Assembly (NCBI GenBank): GCA_034780895.1
Contig: JAUZTB010000087.1
Coordinates: 6,091,264 to 6,155,263, forward strand
Direction: 5' to 3'
DNA length: 64,000 nt
Origin: Rhynchobatus australiae
Taxonomy: Eukaryota
The notes beneath the pieces were generated by a model. The model was not told the origin of the DNA. It searched no databases and worked only from the letters and a program-made list of their open reading frames with translations. Position numbers and translations under genes: made by a program. This document shows positions 36,460 through 49,714 of this stretch, piece after piece (within the stretch, counting starts at the first letter, position 1; the number at the start of each line of letters is the position of its first letter).

Positions 36460-36830
36460 TTTCATTCATTTGCAGGATGTGGTCATTGCAAGCAAAAGCA
36501 ACATTAATTACACATCCCTAATTATTCTTGAACGAAGTGGCTTGCCTGGCCACTTCACAGGGCATTTTGAAGTCAACCACGTTGCTGTGGGTCTGCAATC
36601 ATTTATAGGCCAGACTAGTTAAGGATGGCAGATTTCCTTCTGTGGAAGTTACTAATGAACTAGCTGCAGTTTTAGGAAAATCCCGATGTTTTAAGGATAT
36701 CATTACCCATGCTAATTTTTGTTCCAGTGATTGCTGAATGAACTGAACTTAAATAACCTGAGTATTATGATAGGTTTGAATTGATTCCATTTGATCACCA
36801 GTGGCCTGTTGAGTTATTGTCCAGTAATTA
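36460..36830. mobile_element. Old interspersed repeat (SINE-like, unclassified)
   Basis: ATTCATTTGCAGGATGTGG..CATCCCTAATT..GAAGTCAACCACGTTGCTGTGGGTCTG..GGCAGATTTCCTTC pattern recognised as a common elasmobranch repeat; family not established. Confidence 0.45.
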
Positions 36831-37319
36831 GTCCAGCCTGCAAAATGGTGTCAGTCAGTTAAGCTGAGAAATAATGGGTTCAGTTTCCCCATTTGTGCTT
36901 AGGTGAATTGATTTCAATTAAGGTAGTAACAGAATTAATAAAAGATGTCTGAGAATTCCATGTCCGTGGCGTCAGGAGGGAAATACAATTAGGTTGCTTC
37001 CCAATACCTCTTGCTGGAAAATATGTGGATATCAGTGAAAATAACATTAGGTGAGGTGTTAACGCTACCCCAAACTAAATTAAATGGCATGTGCTCCCTT
37101 GGTATACTCATAGATTCATCATTCAAGGAGGTTATTGGGCCCAACAAGTTCCTGCCAGCTCTTTATTGGCCAATGCAGTCAGTCTCATTCCCCTGCTCGA
37201 TTGCTGTACCCTGCATATTTATTTCTCTCAAAAGACTATCTAATTTCCTTCTAAAATCATTGATCACCTCCACTACCACTACCGTTTTTGGGAACCAATT
37301 CCAGGTCATTACCACTTTA

Positions 37320-37783
37320 ATATTGGTATTGGTTTATTATTGTCACTTCTACTGAGGTAGTGAAAAACTTGTCTTGCGTACCGATTGTACAAGTCAATGC
37401 ATTACACAATGCAGTTACATTGGGTTAGTACAGAGTCCATTGATGTAGTACAGGTACAGAGTAAAGCGTCACAGCTACAGAGAAAGTGCAGTGCAATAAG
37501 GTGCAGGGTCACAACAAGGTAGATTGTGAGGTCATAGTCCATCTCATAGTATAAGGGAACCGTTCAATAGTCTTATCACAGTGGGGTAGAAGCTGTCCTT
37601 AAGTCTGGTGGTACGTGCCTTGAGGCTCCTATATCTTCTACCTGAGGGAAAAGGAGAGAAGAGAAAATGTCCCGGGTGGGTGGGGTCGTTGATTATGCTG
37701 GCTACTTCACCAAGACAGCGAGAGGTAAAGAGTCCAAGGAGGGGAGGCTGGTGTCTGTGATGCACTGGGCTGTGTCCACACTT
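37320..37783 (-). mobile_element. Rex1/Babar-like LINE 3' fragment, inserted in an older CR1-like element (~37110-38330)
   Basis: Minus ORF 37544-37765: SIINDPTHPGHFLFSPFPSGRRYRSLKARTTRLKDSFYPTVIRLLN; 3' tail is the inverse of the 38330-38990 copy. Confidence 0.75.
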
Positions 37784-38329
37784 GTAAGAAAAGTTTGTCC
37801 TTTCATCCCCCTATATCTCCTGCCAAAAGCCTTGAATCTGTGTCCCAAATCATTTTACCATCAGCAAATAGGAAAAGCTTTGATTTTGTCAACCTTATCT
37901 AAACTTCTCATAATTTTGTTCATTTGTATTGAATCTCTCCTAGGCTTCAGGGCAAGCAATCCCAAATTATCCAACCTAGCCTTACAGCTAAACTCCCTCA
38001 CCCTGTGTACCATGTTGGTAGATCTCCTTTGCATCCTTTCAAGAACCTTCTCATTCTGTCTAAAGTCTGATGACCAGAACTGTTTGCAATGTTGTAGTTG
38101 TGGCTTAAGCAGAGCTTCAGAAAGGTTCAGCTTTACTCAATACTTCTTTTTGTAAAGTCCAAGAAACATATATTTTGCTAACTTCACTCTCAATATATCC
38201 CACCTCCTTCTAACACCAGAAACCCTCTGGTTCCTCTGTTTTTGCACATCTTTAGATTTGTGCCAATAACATTGTATTGCCTCTCCCCATCCTTTCTGTC
38301 AAGATGCATCACCTCTTACCCCAAGGTAC

Positions 38330-38990
38330 ATCACCAATAGCATGCCCTGGTCTAACCACATAGATACCATGGTCAGGAAAGCTCAGCAGTGCCTTCATTT
38401 CCTCAGGAGGCTAAAAGAATTTGGCAGTACCAATGCACCACCGAAAACATCCTATCTGGATGCATCACGGCTTGGTATGGCAACTGCTCTGCCGGGGGCT
38501 GCAAGAATGCAGAAAGTTGTGGACACAGCTCAGCACATTATTGAAACCAGTCTCCCTTCCATGGACACTGTCTATTCTTCTCGCTGCCTTGGTAAAGCAG
38601 CTAGCATAATTAAAAACCCCACCCACCCCAGACACTCTCTGTTCTCCCCTCTCCCATCAGGTAGAAGGTACAAAAGCCTGAAACCATGTACCATCCGGTT
38701 CAAGGACCGTTTCTATCCCACTATTATAAGACTATTGAACTAGTTCCCTAGTACAATAAGATGGACTCTTGACCTCACAATCTACCTCATTACGACCTTG
38801 CACCTTATTGTCTAGCTGCACTGCACTTTCTCTGTAGCTGTGATACTTTATTCTGCATTCTGTATTGTTTTACCTTGTACTACCTCAATGCACCATGTAA
38901 TGAATTGATCTGTATGAACAGTAAGCAAGACATGCTTTTCACTGCACCTCAGTACATGTGACAATAATAAACCAATTCCAATTCCAACCT
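38330..38990 (+). mobile_element. Rex1/Babar-like LINE 3' fragment
   Basis: ORF 38342-38743: WSNHIDTMVRKAQQCLHFLRRLKEFG...LPSGRRYKSLK...FYPTIIRLLN; ends in AATAATAAACC(AATTCC)n. Confidence 0.8.
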
Positions 38991-40699
38991 CACAAATCTC
39001 AATATCAAATTCCATCTATTACTTTTCTGTTCATCCTGCTAGCCTTTTATAATCAACTGGTATCATCCTCCTATTTTGCAACTCTTGCAGATTAGGTATC
39101 AAAGGAAAATTGTGATTATTTTTTCCCCTTGTGATCCATTACCTAAGTCAATGGTCCCGATACTGATCCATGCAGGACACCATTGTCTACCATCCTGTCT
39201 GATAAACAACCATCTACCCACCTCACTGTTTGCAATCCTCAGGCCAATTTTTATCGCTGTGAACACCGCCCCTCCTATTCTCAGAGAATCAGTTTTACTA
39301 TCAGCCTCTTATCTGAAATTTTGTCAACTATTAAGTAATGATGTGATGTACAAGGGAAGAGTTTTTTTAGAAAGATAGTAGTAATAAAGAGCTCAGGAGT
39401 GCACATCACATCTGAAGGAATTAATGTTTTATGGTGAGATATAAAAATAATTAGGAAAGGAAAGATCTCCCTACTCACAAAGAACTTGTTAAGTGATTGC
39501 AATCTCAAAGAGAATGTGTAGAAAACACTACATTCGAAATGTGAGACTACGACAGAGGAAAATGTGACATCGCAACTCAATGCTGTAAATGAGATCCAAG
39601 GCACAACAATAGAAACTAAACCTTCAGCTCATAAAGTCATGGGATGTTTACAGAATATAGAAGGCCATTTGGCTCATCAAATCTATGCTGGTTCCAAACA
39701 GAGCAAAAGCTAACTTTGACAACACAGCACTTCACTGGAGTACAACTTAAACCAATAACCTTGTAGATTTAGAGGTAGAAATGACAAACTGCTGTGACCA
39801 CCTTATAAACAATAGCATACAGATAGAATCCTAACAAGGAGTCCCCACTACCATGTGTTGTCACAAGTCTGAGAAACAGCAAAAGGTGGGGCTTAATTAT
39901 CTTGCATGTAGAAATCAGAAGGGGAATAGAACGACTCATTCATACAAAACAGAAGGAGGACAGGGGAATATTATGTCTGTGCCNNNNNNNNNNCTCTTTA
40001 AGAGGTTGGGAGTCACCCTGTCTTCTGTCATGGTCCTACCTTTTTTAACTTCTCAAGAATTTGCAGTTCTCTTTTCGAAGTTGTTATAGAATTTGTTTCC
40101 ATCATCCTCAAAGGCACAACATTCCAGGACATAATCTGCTCTTGCATCAAAAGGGTCTCATCTGCCTTCTGGTTCTTTAGCCTGTTATGATACAAATGTT
40201 TATTAGTTATTGACCCTCATGCCGATGGAAGCAGCTTCTTCCCCTCTACCATCAGATTTCTGAATGGTCCATGAACCCATGAACACTACCTCGTTATCCA
40301 TTCCTTTTGCACTATCTGTTTATTTTAGTAATTTATTACAATTTTATGTCTTTGCACTGCGCTGCTGCTGCTGCAAAACACCAAATTTCATGTTGTTCAT
40401 ATATAAATCTGATTCTGATTCTTATTTATACTGTAAAACCTTCCTTAATTTTTAACATTTTGATTAAGTTTTTCCTTGAATTTTCTTTGGTTCCAGTGAG
40501 AATTTCCCAGATTCTCTAGTCTCATTTAACTGAAAGATTTCACGCTCAAATCATTCTAAAATAAAATAATCAAGTGAATGAATGGAAGACATCCTAAATA
40601 CCATTTTGAATTTAATTGCAACAAAGTCTCTGGTTGGTATGCAATAAAATGATGGTTATATTACTGGTTTGGTACTCTTACTCTGTCAAAGTAGAGATT

Positions 40700-41012
40700 A
40701 CCATGTAGACAGAGGAAAACAACATCCCTATTAATGTCTGGAACACTGGGTCCATGACCAAAATGGAGAAAAGCATTCAGGATGGTATTAAGAACCTTGA
40801 GTCCAGGCATTGGGACCACATAGAAGTCCTGAAGAGTGCACCACCTCTCAAACTAGTCACTGACTAGGCTCATCCTGGACCTCCTGATCCAGAAGCAGAG
40901 GAGTACTCTGTTCCAACTTTAGTCTCATTAGCCACCTCAGAACCCACAAAACTGGACTGGAAGCAAGTCATCCTCAATGCCAAAGTGATTATCTAAGAAG
41001 AAGAAGAAGACT
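40700..41012 (+). mobile_element. RTE-like LINE 3' end remnant
   Basis: CTCATTAGCCACCTCAGAACCCACAAA encodes LISHLRTHK, a C-terminal zinc-finger tail, followed by a (GAA)n tail. Confidence 0.5.
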
Positions 41013-41291
41013 GGAGAAGCAAACTGAATTCATGATATAAAGGCATGAGTTCAAATCCCACTACTGTAGCTGGAGAACACAAGTTCAGTCTGTCCAGAAT
41101 TATAAACTAACATATTGTAATAAAAACCCATCTGATTCACGAATGTCCTTTAGAAAAGAAAATCTGATCTCCATATTTGACCTATATGTAACTCAGGACC
41201 CACGTCAAAATGGTTGACACTTAACTACTGGCTGAAATGGCCCAGCAGGATAGGCAACATATGCCATCAATGGCAATACTTTGTGGAATAG

Positions 41292-41340
41292 AAATATAAT
41301 TGGGAGTAAATATAATTGGGAGAAATATAATTGGGAGTAA
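41292..41340. repeat. Three tandem copies of a 15-16 bp unit AAATATAATTGGGAG(T)
   Basis: Directly visible. Confidence 0.9.
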
Positions 41341-42469
41341 ATTCTTTGTGTGAGGACTAATCAATGCTTGGAGTGAACTGTCAGATTAGATAGTGGAGGG
41401 GAAAACATGGCATCATTTCAAAATCACTTAAATGCAACACTGAGGAGTTAAAATAATTCAAACTGATTTCTTCATCCATAATAATCCTCAATTTTTTTAA
41501 AGAAAACTGCAAAGAAAATCATGCCTAAGAGTATCAAACTGAGAATTACAATTCCTTTCAATGCATTGCCAAATGAAATTTTCTATGATCTCATTTGCTA
41601 TCTCAAGAAGGTTGAATTAATTTCTGTATGCATGCAATGCATTTTTGTCACAGATTGTTTAGCATAATCATATCCCTACAGATCCTATGGGGTAGGGTTA
41701 ATCTATATATATTCATATTGAACTCAATTTGAATAGCTAAGCCTGTGTGCATTACACTCTTTTCTAGTTCACCCAATTAAACTCCTTCCCCTCATTCTGT
41801 TGATACCTAAAACAATCTGTAAAGTGGTCATTAATCTAAGGATGCTTTTGATTTGCTAGGCATTGAAAAGGGGAGCCGAAGTAAGGCATTGATACAGGCT
41901 TGCTGGAGTAAACTTCAAATGTTTCTTTTAGCTTAACGTTTTTAATGATTAACAAGTTCCCCACTAATGTAAAGAAAGTTCCCTGATAGAAAGCAGATGT
42001 TCCCAATTACTTTATTCTTTGGTAAAAGTTGACTGAGAATTGGTAGGGGTCAGGACCGGAAAGCTACGTTTCCTGGTCCTAAAGGCGCAGTGATAAAATG
42101 ATAATAGTTCAAATGGAGACCACACACATACAACTTAAACCGTCTCATTGGCAGGCAAATGACATTGGTACAACGAGTTACTATAGAGTAATACAAACAT
42201 ATGCTTTAATTTTCATTGCATAAACATTTACTCTTTTATTGCTTATCCTGAGTGTAATCCTCAAACTAGCTAGTGAAAAAATATACTGCACATCAGTCAG
42301 CCCCTATACAGAACGTTTTAGAAATACGATAATCAACTGAATTGTTATGTTAATTATGGCTTTCAATATTTTCAATTTTCATGGCTTTGTCACTCAAATA
42401 AGTTACTTCAGCTTGTTTCTCTGGATGATTCACTTATTCCGAGAAAGAACATTGCTCCTAGAATCATGG

Positions 42470-43145
42470 GGAAAACAGAAACAGGTCCTTTCTGCCCACA
42501 TCATCCATGCCAACCATGATATCTATCTGCGCTAATCCCATTTACACGCATTAGGCTCATATTCCCCTGTGCTGTTCCAGTCCAAGTATTTACCCAAACA
42601 CTTATAAACATTGTAATTGTAACTGCCTCCACATCTCCTCTGGTGGCTTGTTCCAGATAAGCACCATCCTCTGTATGAAAAACTTGCCCCTCAGATCTCC
42701 TTTACATTTCTCCCCTCTCACCTTAAACCTGTGCCTTCTAGNNNNNNNNNNNNNNNNNNNNNNNNNNNNNNNNNNNNNNNNNNNNNNNNNNNNNNNNNNN
42801 NNNNNNNNNNNNNNNNNNNNNNNNNNNNNNNNNNNNNNNNNNNNNNNNNNGTCTATCCAATCTCTCCTTGTAACAGCAGCCTTCCATTCCAAGCAACATC
42901 CTGGTGAATCTCTCTTGCACTCTATTGCTACCAGCAGCCAACATAATCAAAGATCCCACCAACCTTAATATTCTCTCTTCTTCCCACTCCCATCAGGCAG
43001 AAGATGCAAAAGCCTGAAAGCATTTACCACCAAGCTCGAGAACAGCTTCTATCACACTGTGATGTGACAACCAGAACTGCACACAGTTCTCTATGTGCAA
43101 TCTAGTCAATGTCTTGTACATCTACAACATGACATCCCAACTCTT
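42470..43145 (-). mobile_element. CR1 LINE 3' fragment with a nested Rex/Babar piece (~42930-43065, +)
   Basis: Minus ORFs RVQERFTRMLLGMEGCCYKERLDR and HRFKVRGEKCKGDLRGKFFIQRMV are the CR1 ORF2 C-terminus. Confidence 0.75.
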
Positions 43146-43379
43146 ATACTTTCTACCTGCTTTATGCTGTGGTTTTTAAGCTTTATGGACTGCAGCATAA
43201 TAACAACCATTTCTGGTAGTTTCCTGTCACTCCTAAAACTTGGCACTTCCTGGCATGATCTCTACATTACTCCATAGCATCCCTTTCTTTGGACTATTCC
43301 AAGATATTTGGGCTAAACTCTCCTGGAGGCACCTGTTGTTCAGCACTCCCAGGATAACAGGATCACCAATAGCTTGCCC

Positions 43380-44030
43380 GGGTCCAAGCATGCAAATGCC
43401 ATGGCTAAGAAAGCTCACCAGTGCCTGTACTTCCTCAGGATGCTGAAGAAATTTGGCATGTTCCCTTTGACACTCACCAACTTTTATTGATACACCATAG
43501 AAAGCATCCTATCTGGATGCATCACGGCTTGCTATGGCAATTGCTCTGCCTGGAAGCACAAGCAACCGCAGAGATTTGTGGACACAGCTCTGCACAGCAC
43601 AGAAACCAGCCTCCCTTCCATGGACTTTATCTATACTTCTCGCTGCCTCAGTAAAGCAGCCTGCATAATCAAAGACCCCACCCATCCTGGACATTCTCTC
43701 TTCTCCCCACTCCCATCAGGCAGAAGATACAAAAGCCTGAAAGCATGTACCACCAAGCTCAAGAACAGCTTCTATCCCAACAGTTCCCTAGGCTGATAGG
43801 ATGGACTCTATACTTCACAATCTACTTCATTATGACCTTGCACCTTATTGCCCACCTGCACTGTACTTTCTATGTGACTCTTTACTCTGAATTCTGTATC
43901 ATTTTACTTTGTACTACATCAATGCACTGTGTAATGAATTGATCTGTATGAATGGTATGCAAGATAAGTTTTTCACTGTACCTCAATACAAGTAACAATA
44001 ATAACCAATTCGAATTCCAATTCCAATTCA
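43380..44030 (+). mobile_element. Rex1/Babar-like LINE 3' fragment
   Basis: ORF 43578-43796: IIKDPTHPGHSLFSPLPSGRRYKSLKACTTKLKNSFYP; highly similar to 38330-38990; (AATTCC)n tail. Confidence 0.8.
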
Positions 44031-45569
44031 TAGTGACATACACCAAACTGTGATAGCTGCCAGATAAGTAATTTAGCTATCCCCAATCTTGAGCCAGTCC
44101 CCCATTAAGTGGCAACACCCTCAATGCTCCCTTATCCCCACTGCTAATCTCCAACCAGTCTCCCCAGTCCCATGGGAAATCCTGGTACTGACTTCCTGGA
44201 TCCACATGATTGTTCTGGTCCCAAATCCCCTTTTCAACAATGCCACTTCCAATCCATAATCCTGAAAAAAAAACCACTGATCCTAATCTACAATCCCTAC
44301 TCCAACACAATATCTGTCTGTACACCAATTTCATCCACACAATGCACATCCAATTTCTCCCTCCACCATCTCCCATCCCCTCAACAACCACCATCCCTCT
44401 CTCCCCACCCAAGTCACAGAACTGGCACAAATGGACATGTAGCCATCAGTCTTGGAGGCCCAGTCTCCAGGAGTGCCATGTGGCACATTATTGGCTCCAC
44501 TTAGACTCAAGCCCAAGGCAGTCACAGGCAAAATGTGGTGGATCTCTGAAACTCTCTCCCACAGAGGTTTGTGGATGCTAGATCATTGAGGGATTTTAAA
44601 GACGAAGTAGCCATTTATTGAAAGATCAGTGAATTGAAAGCTATGGAGAACTGGCACAGAAGAGGAGATAAGGCCAGGGGTAGAACAGCCATGATCATAA
44701 TGAATGGTGGGGTAGGACTGAGGGACTGGGTGGTCTACTCCTTGTGTACTTCTTGTGTTAAATGTCCCAGCTACAGAGGCTACATTTTTTTTAAATTACA
44801 GATTTGAATTTAAATTCCCAACTGCCATAACTGGGATTTGGAATCATGACTTCAGATTAAATGGTATATAATACTAGTTGCTAAAACCAGTAACTTAACC
44901 ATTTTATTACCATTTGAAAATAGCTTTTCCCATAGAACCATAGCACCATAGATTTCTTCATTTTATTCAAGGAAAGTTTTATTCTGCCAACATTCCACTG
45001 ACACGGCACACAGCTGCAGTTCACCCACCTACAGCAAGGTGCCTTCCCTGCGGAAAGCCATATTCTGGCCGCACTCAACTCTGTCAGTGCAGGAGATGGG
45101 AAGCAAAAGGGGAGAAGAAGGGAGAACAATGCTCTTCCTCCCTCCCACTTTCCCTGTTCCATTCCCTAATGCTGAATTGCAGGCACAGCAGATATCCTGA
45201 GATCACACCCAACTGCTCATTTCCTCTCAGCTGATATTTCACTGCACAGTATACCTTGTTTCATCAAAACAGAGAGTTATCCAGTGAAACCACCCATATC
45301 TATGCCAGTTCATTGAAAGATTAGTGCCACTCCCAACTCTTTAAAATAGCCCTGTAAATTTTTACTTTTAAATATATATCACATTCCCCTTTAAGAGCTG
45401 CTATTAATTCTGCTTCTTCTATTTTTTCAGACAATCCACACTAGAACATTGTAACTCACTGATGTCACAACCAAAGAAATTCACCTCACCACCCCCTCCA
45501 TCCCATCCCATCTGCTCTTTTTGGCAGTCAGAGCCAGTTCCTGGATAATGAAAGGGTTCCATTCCTAAG

Positions 45570-45765
45570 AAGGTTTAGCTTCTCCCAAGTGCTCATCTGA
45601 GTTTAATTCCATCTGCCATTCCCTTGCCTGCTTTTCCAGTTGATCTGGATTCTGCTGTAGTCTCAGATAACCTTTTTCACTATCCACTGTATCACCAGTT
45701 TTGGTGTCATCTGCAAATTTATTAATCACACCACCCACATTCTCTTCCATGTCATTGATATATAT
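45570..45765 (-). mobile_element. CR1 LINE reverse-transcriptase core fragment
   Basis: Minus ORF 45565-45750: VGGVINKFADDTK..VDSEKGYLRLQQ..WQMELN, containing the RT catalytic FADD motif. Confidence 0.8.
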
Positions 45766-46818
45766 GTGAGAGTATGCTCCTTACACAGAGAGTGATTGTG
45801 ACCTGCAAAGTTGGCACAGACTCAATGAATCTAACCCTCCTCCTAATCTGCATCAGATCCATGACTTGTCCTGTTATTCTATGATGTAACAGGGAATTAT
45901 TTCTAGTCGGAATACTGTGCTACTTACAGTTTCTGATGTTTTCATGTGCCTTCTGCCCTTACCATTCAGGGTGGTAGAGGTTGTGGGTTTGTGAGGTGCT
46001 GTCAAATTAGCATTTGTGAGTTGTGGCATTTCAATTTAATGATATACACTGCAGCCACATTTTGCCAATAATGTGGGAAGGAAACATTGGGGAGTGGATT
46101 GATAACCAATAAAGTGAGTTGCTTTGTCTGGGTTGGTGCTGATTTTCTTAAGTAAGTGTTGTAGCTGCAGTCATCCAGTTCAAGTGGAGAGTATTTCTGT
46201 GCTCCTGACTTGAGTCTTACAAATGGTGCAAAGGTTTTAGTGGTGTCAGAAGATGAATCAATCACCACAGGATACACTATCTCTGATCTACTTTTGTAGC
46301 TACCAGATTTACTGGGCTGGTCTTATAATTCTGGCCAATGGTTATGTCTAGAATGTTAACAGTGAAGGATTCAGTAACTGAGTCTAGAAAATATGATTAG
46401 ACTCTCATTTGCTGGAGAAAGTCATTGCTTGGAACTTGCTTAGTGCAGATTTTAGTGCTGGGGTATGGATGTCAGTGCTGCCATGATATAAAACCATCAA
46501 TTTCAGGAGCATAGCCAGTAAATCTTGGGGAAGAAAAGAAATTTCTGAAAAGATTACAAGACATAAGCAGAGATTGTAAGGTGAAATCATCTTAAAAGAT
46601 GATACTCATGGTCTAGGAGAGTCCAGACACAATGCGTTGTGACTGCTGGAAGCGCATCTGCAGTCTCTTGTGTCTCCACTGGGTTGTGATTGTCCACTTC
46701 CCTCCACAGATGGTGCCTGACCCGCTGAGTTCCTCCAGCTGTTTGTGTATTGCACCAGTTTGTGCTCCTCTCATTTTCATGCATTGCTCAGTGACCATGC
46801 TTCTTGTTGTTTCTGCAG

Positions 46819-47048
46819 TTCCCAGTACCTGGAGGAGGAAGGCATACAACGTGAAATACAATGTGAAGTTCAGCGCGAAGTCCAGCGGGACGTGCAGCGT
46901 GAAGTACAGCGTGATGTGCAGTGTGATGTGCCACGAAATATTCAACGCGACCTTCAGCGCGATGTACACTGTGACGTGCAGCACGTTGCTGAAAATGATC
47001 CTGGCGGACCAAGGAAACCCATGTGTGCAAGACCTCCAGCTATCCCAG
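46819..47048 (+). CDS. PCDH: Clustered protocadherin constant exon 2 (shared cytoplasmic domain, alpha-like) with a tetrapeptide repeat insertion
   Basis: Polypyrimidine acceptor TTCTTGTTGTTTCTGCAG| and donor CCAG|GTTAGT; 230 bp, phase 2 to phase 1 like the 89-bp mammalian constant exon 2. Translation SQYLEEEGIQR...ENDPGGPRKPMCARPPAIP resembles human PCDHA constant exon 2 (SVHLEEAGILRAGPGGP...ATP). Confidence 0.85.
46844..46987 (+). repeat. 12 x 12-bp coding minisatellite, consensus (V/I/L)-Q-(R/C)-(D/E)
   Basis: IQRE IQCE VQRE VQRD VQRE VQRD VQCD VPRN IQRD LQRD VHCD VQHV; units differ mostly at third codon positions. Confidence 0.9.
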
Positions 47049-49714
47049 GTTAGTGCTGGACAAATGGCAACATATGTGTCGGAGACTAACTCTCAGTTGA
47101 GTCAAAGCAATAATCTTCCTCAGACCTTCTCTTTACAGTCATGACAGAAAAACAGGATCATTGAAAAACTAAGTTGAGTGCAAAGAGATATGAGAAAATA
47201 GTTTGTTTAATAACTAAAGAATAATGTTGAGTGAATATTAGTTTAANNNNNNNNNNNNNNNNNNNCCCCGTCTTAGTTGAAATATGAAATCATCTAAAAT
47301 AAATCATCGGCAAAAGAACTTTATACATCCAGTTAAACAGCATGAGCTCATGCCTATTATTGAAAGATAAATGTTGTTTCACGTGGTTTATAAGGAAACT
47401 CAAAAAATGTTATGTGGGGTAAAGGATAGCAAATGAGAACCATCTGAAATGTGTTCTGCCATGTGAAAGAAAGTTTGTGTCGGAAACCATTTTCAGATAT
47501 AAGGGTTCACAGCTTAGAAGCAATAAAGCATTTGCCATCTCTGTCATTTGGGTTCCCACCAATCTGAAGTATACCTTACTGATTACCTTGAGATTCCTTT
47601 GAGATGCTATAATCATTGTCCCGGAAATGTTACAGTCAAGAGACAGCCTTAGGTCAATGAGACTGATGGCAATATTGCCAAGTAATTTCAAAGTGTTGTA
47701 TGAAATTCCTGTATTTCACTGCATTTATTAACAGATTAAAAACTGACAAATTAAAAAATGCATTGCAAATTTCCCTGACATTTATTTTATCACCAAAAGA
47801 TTGGAACTAGATAGTGTGAAGAAGCTCAGAAAAAGAACTGATCTTGCCCCAAATGGTGAAGGGATAAGGTTCTTTGCAATTCTCCATTGATAGGCTTGTC
47901 AGGAATTCAGCATCTGGATTTGTAAATTCTGTAAAAAAGGCATGAAACAAAGGTTGTTCAACCAATGGGATTAAGAGTGAGAAATAAAAAAAACACATTG
48001 GAAACATTTAATAAAAAAGAAAATTGGTCATATTTTACAGTAATAAAATAATGCAGTTGCTGGAAATCACAAAGACAGAAAATGCTGGGAATCCTTCAAA
48101 GGACAGAATGTATCTTATGAGAGAAATAGAGTTAATTGTTTACTTTGAACATTTTATACATCATTGGCTTGAAATGATATTAACTTCTTTATTTTCTCCT
48201 CACTTACTGTCCAGTCTGTTGAGTATTCCTGGCATTTTCTGCTTCTTTCTATATTTTTTAATATAGGTCAGATTAATATCCTTCTGAATTAATTGAATTC
48301 ATTTTCAGGGCCAGTAAGGTTATTCAGCAACAAACGTACACTATTGAAGTCACTAACCTCTGAATACAATGGCCAAATTTTTTCAGCTGCTTTTAGTGTA
48401 GATGGTGGGAAACACCTGAGTATAAGGCATCACAATTATTTCAGTTCTAAATCCATCTGTATAACTGCAACGATGTACTCTGAGGAGGAGTAAGATATCT
48501 CAAGAGACCAACTTTGAGAGCTATATGCTAAACTGCTCAGATATGGGTGCAAGAGGTTGCTGTCTGTTTTGCCCTGTGATAACAGCAAGTATTAATATTA
48601 TTACAGTAAAATATAAAACAACTTGCGTTTTGGCCCCTGGAACTAGTGAGTCACTAAACTATAAATACTTAATGCTTTCATTTCAGTTGCTCTCGTGTTA
48701 TTAGTGTAGACAGTCAGGGATCAGACATGAAGCAGCTAATTGTCTTTGTTAAAGTAGTNNNNNNNNNNNNNNNNNNNNNNNNNNNNNNNNNNNNNNNNNN
48801 NNNNNNNNNNNNNNNNNNNNNNNNNNNNNNNNNNNNNNNNNNNNNNNNNNNNNNNNNNTTGTTAAAGTAGTATTAAACATGTTGAACATTTGTACATGAA
48901 TCTCTCACTGTGGGGGCCTTTCCAAGGGAAACTGGTTGTTCCTACAAAGAACAAACAGGATGTAAGATAAGCTTGGATTCATTCCAAATGTTCTTCCTTT
49001 CTGATAAATAAGAGAACATGGATCCGCTGACATCTTGTTAATAACTTGGGAAATAGCAGATGAAAGCAACAGCAAGGCAGAAGGATTTTGTCTTCAGTTC
49101 CCTGAAGGTAAACTCACCAAATAAATTCTAAATTTGGAAGTAATTATCATCCAAAGTTTTGTGTGATATTTTTGGAAAGAGCTCACTGTATAGTGAAGTC
49201 CAGGATAAGTTAGGATGACAGCATTCTGCAAGACAAAATAGAAACATATGTTGCATTTCCTCTTCTTGGGTTTTATCTGTATGTCAGCTGGAACAACTTA
49301 GGGGCCAGACTAGGGATATTCACTCCATATAGTAAATAGTATAAACTATAGCTTTTTCCAGGCGAACTTCCCATTATGCCATCTTCTCTTCCTCAATGGG
49401 GAAAATGTATAATGTTAGAAATGTAGGTTTCTGTGGCAAATGCCACATTGCAAAGCTAACCAAGAAGAAATCTCACAATTTCAGCTCGAACTTTGGCAAT
49501 GGTTTTTCGTTTCTTTTTTTTTACAATTAGTCCAATCCAACATATCTATTTAATCTCCTAGATGAGTATTACAGAAGTATTCCTGTTCCCATTTGTTAAG
49601 AAATGAAATTACATTGTCTTAGAAGCGGGAAGTGTACAAACCATCATATTCAACTACTAGCCAATGGCATTGCAAAAATAGGAAACAAACTGTGACAAAC
49701 AGTTGCTCTCAGGT

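Noticed and set aside
46613-47144. Overlapping ORFs in other frames and strand over the 12-bp repeat
   Set aside because: By-products of the periodic sequence; only one frame has splice sites, correct phases and protocadherin similarity.
48746-48871. 13-bp direct repeat TTGTTAAAGTAGT on both sides of a 100-N gap (similar cases at ~57080/57240 and ~59842/59859)
   Set aside because: Most likely contig-end overlaps at scaffold gaps rather than target-site duplications or real tandem repeats.
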